A stretch of 64,000 nt of DNA from an uncultured Trueperaceae bacterium (GTDB lineage: Bacteria > Deinococcota > Deinococci > Deinococcales > Trueperaceae). Where the stretch lies: contig CAWFFU010000011.1 of the NCBI GenBank assembly GCA_963815215.1, positions 608,001-672,000 on the forward strand, read 5' to 3'. Position numbers and translations under genes: made by a program. Below the pieces are notes generated by a model. That model made no database searches. It was given only the letters and a program-made list of their open reading frames with translations, and was not told the DNA's origin. Positions 1-11,760 of the stretch are shown here, piece by piece. How positions within the stretch are numbered: position 1 is the first letter of the stretch; each line of letters opens with the position of its first letter.

Positions 1-1449
1 GTCTTCTGGCAGGGGCGCTGGTACGACTACGCCGAGATGAACCGCCGCGCCGAGCGGCTGGCCGGCCTGCTGGCGGGCCGCGGCATCGGCAAGGGCGATC
101 GGGTGGCGATCCTGGCGCTCAACCACATCGCCCACCTCGACCTGCTGCTCGCCACCGCCAAGACCGGCGCCATCTACACCCCCTTCAACCACCGCCTGTC
201 ACCGACCGAGACGCGCGCCATCGCCGCCTACGTGCGGCCCGGCCTGGTGCTCGCCGATGCCGAGCACCTCGACGTGGCCGCCACCCTCGGCGTCCCCGCG
301 GTATCGCTCGACGACTACGAGGCGCTGCTGGCGTCGGCGCCGCCCGCGCCCGAGCCGCCGCCGCTCGACCCTGAAGACATCCAGATGATCCTGTTCACGG
401 GCGGCACCACCGGGCTGCCCAAGGGGGCCATGCAGCCCTACCGGCAGGGCTTCTACAACGCCGTCAACACCATCGTGTCGTGGGGTCTGCGCGAGGACGA
501 CTGCGTGGTGCAGGCCACGCCCTGCTTCCACGCCGCGCTGAACGCCTTCACCGTGCCGCTGTTCCACCTGGGCGCACGCGTCGCCGTCGAGCGGTCGTTC
601 GAGCCCGGCGACTACCTGCGGCTGGCGGGCGAGTCCGGCGCCACCATCCTGTTCCTGGTACCCACCATGTACAAGATGGTGGCCGATCACCCGGCCTTCG
701 CCGCGACCGACCTGAGCGCCGTGCGCTGGGCCATCTCCGGCGGCGCCCCCTGTCCGGAGCCGGTACAGCGCGCCTACCGCGGGCGCGGCGTGCGCTTCAA
801 GCAGGGCTACGGCCTCACCGAGGCCGGCGTCAACTGCTTCACCATGTCGCTGGACGAAGCCGAGTCCCATCCCGAGTCCGTGGGCAAAGCCATCCTGCAC
901 GCGCGAGCCGCCGTTCGCCGACCCGACGGCGGCGTCTGCGACGCCGGCGAGGTAGGCGAGCTCACGCTGGCGGGCCCGCACGTCTTCGCTGGCTACTTCG
1001 AGCGCCCCCAGGAGACCGCCGACGCCCTCCGGGACGGCTGGCTGTGGACCGGCGACCTTGCCACCATGGACGCCGACGGCTTCGTCACCATCGCCGGCCG
1101 CCGCAAGGAGATGTTCATCTCCGGCGGCGAGAACGTCTTCCCCGTCGAGATCGAGAACGCGCTGTACGACCTGCCCGGCGTCTCCGAGTGTGCCGTGCTG
1201 GGGGTGTCCGACCCGCGCTGGGGCGAGGTGGGCCTGGCGGTGGTGGTGCCGCGCTCCGGCCTGGCGCTCGACGCCGACACGGTGCGCGCCTTCCTCACCG
1301 AGCGCCTCGCACGCTACAAGGTCCCCAAACACGTCCGCCTCGCCGAGCGTCTCCCCAAGAGCGGCGCCGGCAAGATCCTCAAGAGCGAGCTCAGGAACGA
1401 CTTCGAGCGCGGCCAGCATCCGGCGGACGGGAGCGACCGACGTGACTGA
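1..1449 (+). CDS. Acyl-CoA synthetase / AMP-binding enzyme (5'-truncated by window edge)
   Basis: ANL-superfamily motifs FTGGTTGLPKG, GYGLTE, TGD, SGGENVFPVEIE, PKSGAGKI; frame is open from base 1. Confidence 0.9.
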   Translation, partial: VFWQGRWYDYAEMNRRAERLAGLLAGRGIGKGDRVAILALNHIAHLDLLLATAKTGAIYTPFNHRLSPTETRAIAAYVRPGLVLADAEHLDVAATLGVPAVSLDDYEALLASAPPAPEPPPLDPEDIQMILFTGGTTGLPKGAMQPYRQGFYNAVNTIVSWGLREDDCVVQATPCFHAALNAFTVPLFHLGARVAVERSFEPGDYLRLAGESGATILFLVPTMYKMVADHPAFAATDLSAVRWAISGGAPCPEPVQRAYRGRGVRFKQGYGLTEAGVNCFTMSLDEAESHPESVGKAILHARAAVRRPDGGVCDAGEVGELTLAGPHVFAGYFERPQETADALRDGWLWTGDLATMDADGFVTIAGRRKEMFISGGENVFPVEIENALYDLPGVSECAVLGVSDPRWGEVGLAVVVPRSGLALDADTVRAFLTERLARYKVPKHVRLAERLPKSGAGKILKSELRNDFERGQHPADGSDRRD

Positions 1450-2299
1450 CGCGCCTGCCTGGAACGCCACCGACGATCTCGAGCTGCGCAGCGGCATCCG
1501 CATGCGGGTGGTGCAGACGGGCCGGCCCGACGGCGAACCGGTGGTGCTGATCAACGGCATCTTCATGCACACCGGCAGCTGGGAGGGACTCGAGCAGGCG
1601 CTCGCGGCCGACTACCGGGTGGTCCGCTACGACGGCCGCGGCCAGGGGGAGTCCTCCAAGCCCGAGGGACCCTACACCGTGGCGCAGCACACCGACGACC
1701 TCGAGGCGCTGCTCGACACCCTCGCGCTCGGGCCGGTCCACCTGGTGGGCCTCTCCAACGGCGCGCTGGCCGCCCTCGAGCTGGCCGGCCGGCGCCCCGA
1801 GCTGCTGCGCTCGCTCGCCATCCTCGACGGCTTCGGCCGCGTCGATGCGCTGCTGCGCGCGGTGCTGCGCTCCTGGCGGGCGGCCCTGGCGCTGGGAGGC
1901 ACCGGCGGCCGCTTCGACGTGGCCACGCCCTGGGTGTGGGGCCACAGCTTCCTCGCCGAGCACGAGGGCTGGCTGCTGGGCCTGCGCGACGAGGCGGCCC
2001 GGGCCGACCCCCGTCCCGTCCTGGCGCTGGTGGAGGGCGCGCTCGCCTACGGGGAGGAGGAGCGCGAGGCGGTGAGCGCCCTGCGCACCTACGCCGGACC
2101 GCTGCTGACCCTGGTGGGCGAGGACGACCTGCTGAGCCCGGCCCGCTACAGCCTCGAGATGCTGGAGGCGGCGGGGCGCGGCAGCCTGGTGACGGTGGCG
2201 CACGCCGGCCACGCTGCGCCGATCGAGCGGCCCGACGTCGTCGCCTCCGAGCTGGACGCCTTCTTCCGGCACGTCCGGGCCGAGGGGCCCACCCCATGA
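1442..2299 (+). CDS. Alpha/beta-fold hydrolase (enol-lactonase/esterase-like)
   Basis: YDGRGQGES, nucleophile elbow GLSNG, C-terminal AGH; GTG at 1442 overlaps the end of the upstream gene. Confidence 0.82.
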   Translation: MTDAPAWNATDDLELRSGIRMRVVQTGRPDGEPVVLINGIFMHTGSWEGLEQALAADYRVVRYDGRGQGESSKPEGPYTVAQHTDDLEALLDTLALGPVHLVGLSNGALAALELAGRRPELLRSLAILDGFGRVDALLRAVLRSWRAALALGGTGGRFDVATPWVWGHSFLAEHEGWLLGLRDEAARADPRPVLALVEGALAYGEEEREAVSALRTYAGPLLTLVGEDDLLSPARYSLEMLEAAGRGSLVTVAHAGHAAPIERPDVVASELDAFFRHVRAEGPTP

Positions 2300-3135
2300 G
2301 CGGCGCGGCGCGCGGCGCCCTGCAACGCCTGGAGGTCGCCGGGACCGTCGTCGCCTACGTGCGCGCCGGCGCAGGCGCGCCGGTGGTGCTGGTCCACGGC
2401 AACCTGGCGAGCCACCGCTACTGGCAGGAGCTGCTGAGCGCGCCGCCGGCGGGGCTCGAGCTCATCGCCCCCGACCTACCCAACTTCGGCGCCTCGGCCC
2501 CCCTGCCGGGACCGGTGACGATGCGCGCCTACGGCGCAGTGCTGGCCGCGTTCCTGGCGGCGCTCGACCTGCGCGACGTGACGCTGGTGGGCCACAGCCT
2601 CGGTGGCGCGGCGGCGCAGGCCTGCGCCGGCCTGGCAGCGGACCGCGTCACGCGCCTGCTGCTGATCGACTCCCCCGCGCCCGGCGCCTTCCACGCCCCC
2701 GAGGCGAGCCTGCGCGGCGCCGAGGTACTGGCCGCGGAGCCGGACCCGGCCGCGCGCCGCGCGATGATCGCCGGCGCGCTCCCCGCCGTGATGCCGACCC
2801 GCGTCCCTCCCTACTTCGACGAGCTGGTCGCCGAGGCCGCCCGCATCCCCCCCGAGGCCATCGTCCCGAACGCGCACGCGCTCGAGACCATGGACCTGCG
2901 CGACCTCGCGGCCGCCTACCGCGGCTCCGTCGTGGTGTTGCGGGGCGGCAGGGACGCGCTGGTCACCGATGCGCTGGCGCGCGCCACGCTCGACGCCTAC
3001 GGCGCCGAGCGCTGTCGGCACCTCACCTGGGACGACGTCGGCCACTCCCCCCAGATCGAGGCGCCCGACCGCTTCGCGAGACTCCTGAACGCTGTCGTTT
3101 CGGATCGAGACCCTGGGGGAACCGCCATGACCTGA
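2296..3135 (+). CDS. Alpha/beta-fold hydrolase
   Basis: HGN oxyanion region, DLPNFG, GHSLG nucleophile motif, GHSPQIE; ATGA overlap with the upstream stop. Confidence 0.85.
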   Translation: MSGAARGALQRLEVAGTVVAYVRAGAGAPVVLVHGNLASHRYWQELLSAPPAGLELIAPDLPNFGASAPLPGPVTMRAYGAVLAAFLAALDLRDVTLVGHSLGGAAAQACAGLAADRVTRLLLIDSPAPGAFHAPEASLRGAEVLAAEPDPAARRAMIAGALPAVMPTRVPPYFDELVAEAARIPPEAIVPNAHALETMDLRDLAAAYRGSVVVLRGGRDALVTDALARATLDAYGAERCRHLTWDDVGHSPQIEAPDRFARLLNAVVSDRDPGGTAMT

Positions 3136-3233
3136 CCCGCCCGAGCCCCGAGGAGGAACCCACCCATCATCCCCAGGTCATCCACCTTTCGCCGCGCGGC
3201 CGTTCCGCGGCCGCCCCATCACCAGGAGGCAGC

Positions 3234-4433
3234 ATGAAGCGCATCGTGTTCATACTCGTCGCGATCCTCGCGTCGCTGGCGCTGGCCCAGCCCGTGACCA
3301 TCGGCATCCTCAGCCCGCTCACCGGCGGCGCCGCCGGTACCGGTCAGGCCCAGAAGCAGGGCTTCGACCTGGCCCTCAAGGAGATCAACGCCGCCGGTGG
3401 CGTGCTGGGCCAGCCGCTCAAGGTCATCTACGCCGACACCCAGGCCAACGGCAAGGTCGCCGTCGCGGCCTTCGAGAAGCTCATGACCGAGGACAACGTC
3501 CAGTTCATCGGCGGCGGCTACAGCTCCGGCGTGACGCTCGCCCTGGCCGAGTCCTTCAAGACCTTCCAGCCCATCGTGAGCTGGATCGGCGGCGCCGTGT
3601 CGGGCGTCGGGATCGACAACTTCGACGGCATCGAGGAGATCCTCGGCAACGAGCCCTGGTTCTTCCACGTGCACCCCTGGGACTACCAGAACACCGAGGC
3701 GTCCACCAACTTCATCGCCGCCAGCGGCGTGAAGACGGTCGCCCTGCTGCACGAGGACTCCGCCTTCGGCGGACCCGGCTCCCAGGAGGCCCAGAAGCTG
3801 CTCGAGAAGGCGGGCCTCACGGTCACCATCAACGAGGCGTTCAAGTCGACGCTGTTCGGCGGCACCGGCGACTTCCGCGCCGCCATCAGCAAGGCGGCGG
3901 CCACCAAGGCCGACATGCTCTACTGGATCGGCTACGACTCCGACGTGGTGCCGATGATCAGCCAGACCCGCGAGCTCAACTACCGTCCGCAGCAGATCTT
4001 CGGGGCCCCTCCGGGATGGCCGAGCGACTTCGCCAAGGCGCCCGAAGCGCAGTGCGTCACCGGCCTGATCGGCTTCATGCCGAACCTGCCGACGCCAGAG
4101 GCCGCCGCCTTCACCAAGAGCTTCGAGGCCATGTACAACAAGGCGCCCGACAACTACATGTCGGCCCTGGCCTACGCGCAGCTGTGGTCGTACGCCGACA
4201 GCATCAACAAGGCGGGCACGACCGACCAGCAGGCCGTCATCAAGGCCATGGAGAGCCTCACCTTCAAGTCGCCCATGGGGCCCTGGAAGTTCCACGACTC
4301 CCAGATCACCCATCACCAGGGCTTCGGTGCCGACATGTGGCTGGTGTTCCAGTACCAGAACGGCGTGCGCCAGATCGTCTGGCCCACCAGCAAGGCCACC
4401 GCGCCGCTGCAGAGCTGCCAGGCGGGCCACTGA
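3234..4433 (+). CDS. Liv/HAAT-family ABC transporter substrate-binding protein
   Basis: Signal peptide, IGILSPLTG, EINAAGGVLG motif; AGGAGG RBS. Confidence 0.9.
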   Translation: MKRIVFILVAILASLALAQPVTIGILSPLTGGAAGTGQAQKQGFDLALKEINAAGGVLGQPLKVIYADTQANGKVAVAAFEKLMTEDNVQFIGGGYSSGVTLALAESFKTFQPIVSWIGGAVSGVGIDNFDGIEEILGNEPWFFHVHPWDYQNTEASTNFIAASGVKTVALLHEDSAFGGPGSQEAQKLLEKAGLTVTINEAFKSTLFGGTGDFRAAISKAAATKADMLYWIGYDSDVVPMISQTRELNYRPQQIFGAPPGWPSDFAKAPEAQCVTGLIGFMPNLPTPEAAAFTKSFEAMYNKAPDNYMSALAYAQLWSYADSINKAGTTDQQAVIKAMESLTFKSPMGPWKFHDSQITHHQGFGADMWLVFQYQNGVRQIVWPTSKATAPLQSCQAGH

Positions 4434-4439
4434 CCTCCC

Positions 4440-4510
4440 GCTGCGGCGCCCCGCGGGGGCACCGCAGCTGCCCGGTAGACGCGGTGGGTCGGCTCGAGCC
4501 GACCCACCGC
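4440..4510 (+). terminator. Two intergenic stem-loops after the SBP gene (mRNA stabiliser or attenuator)
   Basis: 4440-4468 is a 13-bp stem with one mismatch; 4481-4510 is a perfect 30-bp palindrome GCGGTGGGTCGGCTC/GAGCCGACCCACCGC. Confidence 0.55.
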
Positions 4511-4566
4511 CCCCGGGCGGACACGAACGCGGATCTGATGCCACTCTCCCTACCCTCCCCCCTCCC

Positions 4567-5433
4567 ATGGATCTGACCCTCCTCGCCCAGGGCCTGGTGT
4601 CCGGCGTTCTCGCCGCGGGGCTCTACGCCCTCGTGTCGGTGGGACTGGCGCTGGCCATCGGCGTCATCGGCATCATCAACTTCGCGCACGGCGAGTTCTT
4701 CATGATCGGGGCGTTCCTCGCCTACCAGCTCTCCGTGAGTCTGGGTCTCGACCCCCTGATCTCCCTTATCTTCGTGGCGCCCGCGCTCTTCATCATCGGC
4801 GCCGTCATCTATCAATCCACCATCCGCTACGTGTTGGAGGCTCCCGAACTCAACCAGATGCTCCTCACCTTCGGCCTCTCCATCGTGCTGCAGAACCTGG
4901 CGCTGGTGATCTGGGGCGGCGATCCCCGCTCCATCAGCAACGTGCCCTACCGCTCGGTGGGGTACCAGGTCGGCGGCATCAGCATCGGTCTGGTGCCGCT
5001 GGGGAGCTTCGTGATCTCGCTGGCGCTGGTCCTCGCCCTGTACTGGGTGCTGGCGCGCACCCGGCTCGGCCGGGCCATGCGCGCGGTGGCCCAGAACCGC
5101 GTCGGCGCCAGCCTGGTGGGCCTGGAGGTCAACCGCATCTACCTCGTGGCGTTCGCGCTGTCGGCGCTGCTGGCGGGCATCGGCGGGGTGATGATCGCGG
5201 TCATCCAGTCCCCAACGCCCACCGTCGGCTTCGCCTTCACCCTCAAGGCGTTCGCCATCGTGGTGCTGGCGGGGCTGGGCAACATCCGCGGCATCCTGTG
5301 GGCGTCACTGACGGTCGCTGTGTCCGAGTCGCTGGTGGCGACCCTGGTGCCCAACGGCGACGCGCTGCGCAACGCCGTGTTCTTCGCCATCATCTTCATC
5401 GTGCTGGTGGTCCGCGCCCGGAGGACGGCATGA
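4567..5433 (+). CDS. livH: Liv-family ABC permease (LivH-like)
   Basis: INFAHGEFFM, GRAMRAVAQN, multiple TM helices. Confidence 0.88.
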   Translation: MDLTLLAQGLVSGVLAAGLYALVSVGLALAIGVIGIINFAHGEFFMIGAFLAYQLSVSLGLDPLISLIFVAPALFIIGAVIYQSTIRYVLEAPELNQMLLTFGLSIVLQNLALVIWGGDPRSISNVPYRSVGYQVGGISIGLVPLGSFVISLALVLALYWVLARTRLGRAMRAVAQNRVGASLVGLEVNRIYLVAFALSALLAGIGGVMIAVIQSPTPTVGFAFTLKAFAIVVLAGLGNIRGILWASLTVAVSESLVATLVPNGDALRNAVFFAIIFIVLVVRARRTA

Positions 5434-6457
5434 GGCGCGCGCTGCCCGACCTGCTGTGGACGCTGCTGCTCGCCGCGGTCGTGGCGCTGGCGCCGACCGT
5501 GCTCAAGGCGCTGTTCGCCCAGGCGTCGGTGAGCTACCTGTCGCTGGCCTCCAACGCCGTCAGCCTCGCCATCCTGGCGCTGTCGTGGGACCTGCTGGCG
5601 CGCACCGGCCAGCTGTCGTTGGCCCACGCCGCCTTCTACGGCGCCGGCGCCTACACCGCCGCCATCCTCGCCAAGCTCGGCGGCCTGCCGCTCGCCTTCG
5701 ACCTACCGCTGGCGGGCGTGGTGGGGGCGATCCTGGCCCTCGGCCTCGGGTCGGTGACGCTACGGCTCAAGGGCATCTACTTCGCCATCGCCACGCTGGC
5801 CTTCACCGAGGTCCTCAAGGCGGTCGTGCAGGAACTCCCCACCGGATTGGCGGGGGGCGCCGCCGGCCTCAACGTGCCGCCGCTGTTCCGCCCCCACTTC
5901 GTGCCCGGCGCGATGCAGCGCTGGGAGATCGCCTACCAGCGCAACGAGGCCTACTTCTACGTCTACGGCGGGCTGTTGGTGCTGACCATCCTGGTGTCCG
6001 TGCTCGCGCAGCGCACCCGGCTCAAGGCCGCCTTCACGGCGGTCCGCACCAACGAGGAGGTCGCCGCCGTGATGGGCGTGCGTCCCGCCCGGGTCAAGCT
6101 GCTGGCGTTCGTGCTGTCGAGCGCGCTGGTGGGCATGCTCGGCGCGCTGGAAGCGATGCGGCTGGGGAGCGTGATCCCGGACGGGACCTTCGCCGTCTCG
6201 ACCACGGTGTTCGCGCTGGTGACGCCCATCTTCGGCGGCCTGTACACCACGCTCGGCCCCATCCTCGGCGCCGGCGTGCTGTCCGCGGTCGAGGAGACCC
6301 TCAGGCGCACCTTCGCCGAGGGCTACCTGATCGGCTACGGCATCGTGCTGGTGGCCTCCATCCTGTTCATGCCGCGCGGGCTGGTGGGGCTCGCCACTCG
6401 CCTGGCGCGCCGCCGTAGGGGCCCGCCGCCCTCCGCCGACGGCGAGGAGGCCGGCTG

Positions 6458-6458
<1 letters not shown>
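5430..6458 (+). CDS. livM: Liv-family ABC permease (LivM-like)
   Basis: GQLSLAHAAFYGAGAY, LRLKGIYFAIATLAF, MPRGLVG. Confidence 0.88.
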
Positions 6459-7956
<1,498 letters not shown>

Positions 7957-8047
7957 CGATAGAGCCTCTCGCTCCGGCCGACAGGCCCCCTCGCCCCGCG
8001 CCGCGGGCTCCCGGCCCCCCTCGGAGGGCCGGGACCCCGCTTCAGCT

Positions 8048-8896
8048 TCAGGTCCGGCCGCGCGGGTCGAGCACGTCCCGCAACCCGTCGCCGAGCAGGT
8101 TGAAGGCCAGCACCGTGAGCAGGATGGCGATGGCGGGCGCCGACGAGGCCCAGGGCGCCTCGTTGATGTAGTTGCGGGTCTCCGAGACGATCGCCCCCCA
8201 CTCGGGCGTCGGCGGCTGTGCGCCGAAGCCGATGAACCCCAGCCCGGCGGCGGTCAGGATGGCGCTGCCGATGTCGAAGCTCGCCTGCACCAGCAGCGGC
8301 GTCACCGTGTTGGGCAGCACGTGCAGGAACGCTTGACGGAAGCGCGCCGCGCCCAGGGCTCGTGACGCCTCCACGTAGTCGAGGGTCCGCACCGCCAGCA
8401 CCTGCGCTCGCAGCAAGCGGGCGTAGTTGGGCCACGACACGGCCGCCACCGCGATCATCACGTTCCCCAGGCTGGGGCCAAGCGCGGCCGAGATCGCCAT
8501 GGCCAGGATCAGCGCCGGGAACGCCAGGAAGATGTCGGTGACGCGCATCAGCAGCTCGTCCCAGAACCCCCCCACCATGCCGGCGAGGAGCCCTACCGAG
8601 CCCCCCACGAACAGCGACACCGCCACCACGACGAAGCCGATGCGCAGGCTGATGCGCGAGCCCCACACCACCCGCGCCCACACGTCGCGGCCGAGCTGGT
8701 CGGTGCCGAACCAGTGCTGGGCGCTGGGTCCCTGCAGCCGCTCCGCCAGGTTCTGGTGCAACGGGCTGCCGGCCAGAACCGGCGCCAGCAGCGCCACCAG
8801 GATCAGCGCCAACGATAGGCCGGTACCGATCACGGTCCCCGGGTTGCGCAGGAAGCGACGGGCCGGCTTGCTGCGGAGGAAAGCGGGGGCGGTCAT
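8048..8896 (-). CDS. Dpp/Opp-family ABC permease (DppC-like)
   Basis: HWFGTDQLGRD, EAA-like loop, QPPTPEWG, GDGLRDVLDPR; ATG 8896 overlaps the upstream stop. Confidence 0.9.
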   Translation of the reverse strand: MTAPAFLRSKPARRFLRNPGTVIGTGLSLALILVALLAPVLAGSPLHQNLAERLQGPSAQHWFGTDQLGRDVWARVVWGSRISLRIGFVVVAVSLFVGGSVGLLAGMVGGFWDELLMRVTDIFLAFPALILAMAISAALGPSLGNVMIAVAAVSWPNYARLLRAQVLAVRTLDYVEASRALGAARFRQAFLHVLPNTVTPLLVQASFDIGSAILTAAGLGFIGFGAQPPTPEWGAIVSETRNYINEAPWASSAPAIAILLTVLAFNLLGDGLRDVLDPRGRT

Positions 8897-9900
8897 GCGT
8901 AGGTGATACGCGGGTCGAAGACCGCGTAGGAGACGTCGACGAGGAGGTTGATGAAGCTGTACACCAGACCGGCCACCAGGGTGACGCCCATGACCGCCGG
9001 GAAGTCCAATCCGATGGCGCTGGAGGTGGCGTAGGAGCCGAGGCCCGGCCACGAGAAGATGGTCTCGGTGAGCACCGCTCCGGTGAGCAGGCTACCGAGC
9101 AGGCTGCCCATCACGGTGAGTACCGGCAGCGCGGCGTTGCGCAGCGCGTGCTTGAAGGTCACCACCCGGCTCGCCAGCCCCTTGGCGCGGGCCGTACGGA
9201 CGTAGTCCTGCGACAGCACCTCGAGCATGGCGCTGCGCACCATGCGGGCCAGCAGCGCGGTGGAGAACGCGCCCAGCACCGCGGCCGGCAGGATGAGGTG
9301 GCGGACCGCGCTGACGAAGGCCGGCCAGTCGCCGGCGATCGCCGAGTCGACGACGAGCATGCCGGTGACACGGTGGGGCTCGATCAGGTAGGCGTTGAGC
9401 TCACCGGGTCCCGGCAGCCAGCCGAGGCGGGAATGGAACAGCTCCAGCGCCAAAATGGCGAGCCAGTACACGGGCGTGGCCCCCCCGACCAGCGCCAGCG
9501 TGCGCACCGCCAGGTCGACGGGACGGTCCTGATAGAGCGCGGCGATCACCCCCGCCGGCAGGCCGAAGAGGACGGCGAACACCATGGCGCCGAGGGTGAG
9601 CTCGAGCGTCGCGGGGAAGAAATCCCGCAGGTCGGACAAGATAGGCCGCTGCGTGCGCAGCGAGTTCCCGAGGTCGCCCCGGAACAGATCCACCATATAG
9701 CGCAGGTACTGCTGGTAGGCGGGCAGGTCGAGCCCGTACTTGTGCCGGTAGGCCTCGATCTGTGCCGGGCGGGCGTTGCTCCCCAGGGCGGCCGCGGCGG
9801 GGTCGGCGGGGACGATGTGGGAGATGAAGAAGGCGGCGAACCCGACCCCCCAGACGACGAAGATCAGGTAGCCCAGGCGCCTCAGCAGGAACGCGAGCAC
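8893..9900 (-). CDS. Dpp/Opp-family ABC permease (DppB-like)
   Basis: GDLGNS, DYVRTARAKGL, ETIFSWPGLG, DPRI; GTG start inferred. Confidence 0.9.
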   Translation of the reverse strand: MLAFLLRRLGYLIFVVWGVGFAAFFISHIVPADPAAAALGSNARPAQIEAYRHKYGLDLPAYQQYLRYMVDLFRGDLGNSLRTQRPILSDLRDFFPATLELTLGAMVFAVLFGLPAGVIAALYQDRPVDLAVRTLALVGGATPVYWLAILALELFHSRLGWLPGPGELNAYLIEPHRVTGMLVVDSAIAGDWPAFVSAVRHLILPAAVLGAFSTALLARMVRSAMLEVLSQDYVRTARAKGLASRVVTFKHALRNAALPVLTVMGSLLGSLLTGAVLTETIFSWPGLGSYATSSAIGLDFPAVMGVTLVAGLVYSFINLLVDVSYAVFDPRITYA

Positions 9901-9924
9901 GGCGCCTCCGAGGGGACAGCGGGC

Positions 9925-9955
9925 GCGTGGGAGGGGCCGATGGCCCCTCCCACGC
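9925..9955 (-). terminator. Stem-loop between SBP and permease genes
   Basis: 14-bp perfect stem GCGTGGGAGGGGCC-GAT-GGCCCCTCCCACGC. Confidence 0.55.
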
Positions 9956-9979
9956 AGATCCCGCGAAGAGCGCTGAACC

Positions 9980-11566
9980 TCAAGGCTGCTTGCTGATGGC
10001 CGTGTAGTCGACGTCACCCTGCGCGCTGCGCGCGAAGCCGTCCACCTTGGCGGTGGTCACGATCGGCACGTTCGGCTGGTAGAGGATGGCGTAGGGACCG
10101 TTCTGCGCGACGTACTTGGTCAGCTGGGCGTAGAGTGCCTGGCGCTGCGCCGGGTCGGTGCTGGCCGCCGCCTCGGTCGCCAGCTTGGTGCCCTCGGCGT
10201 TGTTCCAGACGTTGCGCCATGCCAGCGACTTGGCGTTGTAGTCCGCCAGCGGGCTGGCGTTACCGTTCGGGTCCGGGTAGTCCGGGCTCCACGCCGCCAG
10301 CACCAGCTGCGCGGCCTGCTGCCGGTAGATGGTGTAGAGCTGGGCGCTGGTGGTCTGCTTGATGTTGGTGGTGATGCCGATCTTCGCCAGATCGGACTGG
10401 ATCTTCGCGGCCAGGTCGGCACAGGGCACACCGCCGGAGCAGGCGCCGGTGGCGATCAGGAACTCGACGGTCATGCCGCCGGACTTGCCCGCCTCGGCCA
10501 TGAGCTGCTTGGCCTTCTCGATGTCGTGCGTGTAGTACTGGGTGGTGTCGGCGCCCATCAGGCCGTAAGGGATGATGGTCTGCATCTTGCGCCCGAGGCC
10601 AGCCAGCAGGTCGTTGATGATGCCGTCCTGGTCGATGGCGTAGCGCACCGCGTCGCGCACGCGGTTGTCCGCGAAGGGCGCGCCTGGGCCGGAGTTCATC
10701 CCCAGGTAGGCCATCTGGAAGGTGTCGGTCTTGAGCGTCTTGAGGTTGGGATTGCTCTCGGCCTGCTTGAAGGCGTCGGGCGTGAAGTTGTAGGCGACGT
10801 CGATCTCACCGGAGGTGATGGCGGCGCGCTGGGCGTTCGACTCCTGCATGTAGCGCAGGATGACGCGCTTGATCGAGCCGGGGTTCGGGTACTCGGGGTT
10901 GGCCGTGAGGATCACCTGCGAGCCACGATCCCAACGGTCGAGCATGTAGGGGCCCGAGCCGGCCGAGTGGTCGTTGAGCCACTTCTGGCCGTAGTCGTTG
11001 CCTTCGATGTGCTTCTTCACCTCGGTGGCGTCCATGATGCCGCCGACGTTGAAGGTCAGCATGTTGAGGATGATCTGCGGGTTGACGCCTTTGGGCAGGG
11101 TGAGCTGCACCGTCTTGTCGTCGAGCGCCTTGGTGGAGCCCACCTTCATGCCGGCCACGTCGGTGAACAGGAAGGCAGACGGGCCGTTGATCTGGATGAC
11201 GCGGTCGAACGACCACACCACGTCGGCGGCCGTGACCGGCCGGCCGGTGGAGAACTTGGCGTCCTTGAGGTGGAAGGTGATGGTGCTGCCGCCGTCCGCG
11301 GTGGTGGCGATGTCCCAACTGCTGGCCAGGCCCGGAACGACCTTCGACAGATCGGTGCCGGCGAACTGCACCAGGCGCTCGTAGATGTTGTCGTCGATGG
11401 GCGTCGAGGAGAACTCGTAGGCGACGCCGGGATCGAGGGTGATGAGGTCGGTCCAGTCACCGCCGATGACGAGCGTCTGCTGCTGCGCGGACTGCGCGGC
11501 ACCGAAGCTGAAGAGCGTCGCAACGAGGGCGATGAGGATCGTCCAGAGGACTCGGGGTCTTCCCAT
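9980..11566 (-). CDS. Dpp/Opp-family ABC substrate-binding protein (SBP family 5)
   Basis: Signal peptide, TLDP, PGLASSW, GSGPY, VRDAVRYAID, WSPDYPDP. Confidence 0.9.
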   Translation of the reverse strand: MGRPRVLWTILIALVATLFSFGAAQSAQQQTLVIGGDWTDLITLDPGVAYEFSSTPIDDNIYERLVQFAGTDLSKVVPGLASSWDIATTADGGSTITFHLKDAKFSTGRPVTAADVVWSFDRVIQINGPSAFLFTDVAGMKVGSTKALDDKTVQLTLPKGVNPQIILNMLTFNVGGIMDATEVKKHIEGNDYGQKWLNDHSAGSGPYMLDRWDRGSQVILTANPEYPNPGSIKRVILRYMQESNAQRAAITSGEIDVAYNFTPDAFKQAESNPNLKTLKTDTFQMAYLGMNSGPGAPFADNRVRDAVRYAIDQDGIINDLLAGLGRKMQTIIPYGLMGADTTQYYTHDIEKAKQLMAEAGKSGGMTVEFLIATGACSGGVPCADLAAKIQSDLAKIGITTNIKQTTSAQLYTIYRQQAAQLVLAAWSPDYPDPNGNASPLADYNAKSLAWRNVWNNAEGTKLATEAAASTDPAQRQALYAQLTKYVAQNGPYAILYQPNVPIVTTAKVDGFARSAQGDVDYTAISKQP

Positions 11567-11760
11567 GTTTTCTCCCAACAGAGCGTGAAGTCTGACCATC
11601 TTACCCGAAGCGCAGGGGCCCACGGCCGCGCCGCGCCTGCTTCCCTGCCCGCCTCGGCCGACCGCGCGGCGACCACGGCGTCGTTGCTCGTCCCCCCTTT
11701 CAGGGCGCATAAGTACTCGCTACCTTAACAGAAGTTGCAGCGCCTCGGGTCGCGGCAGCG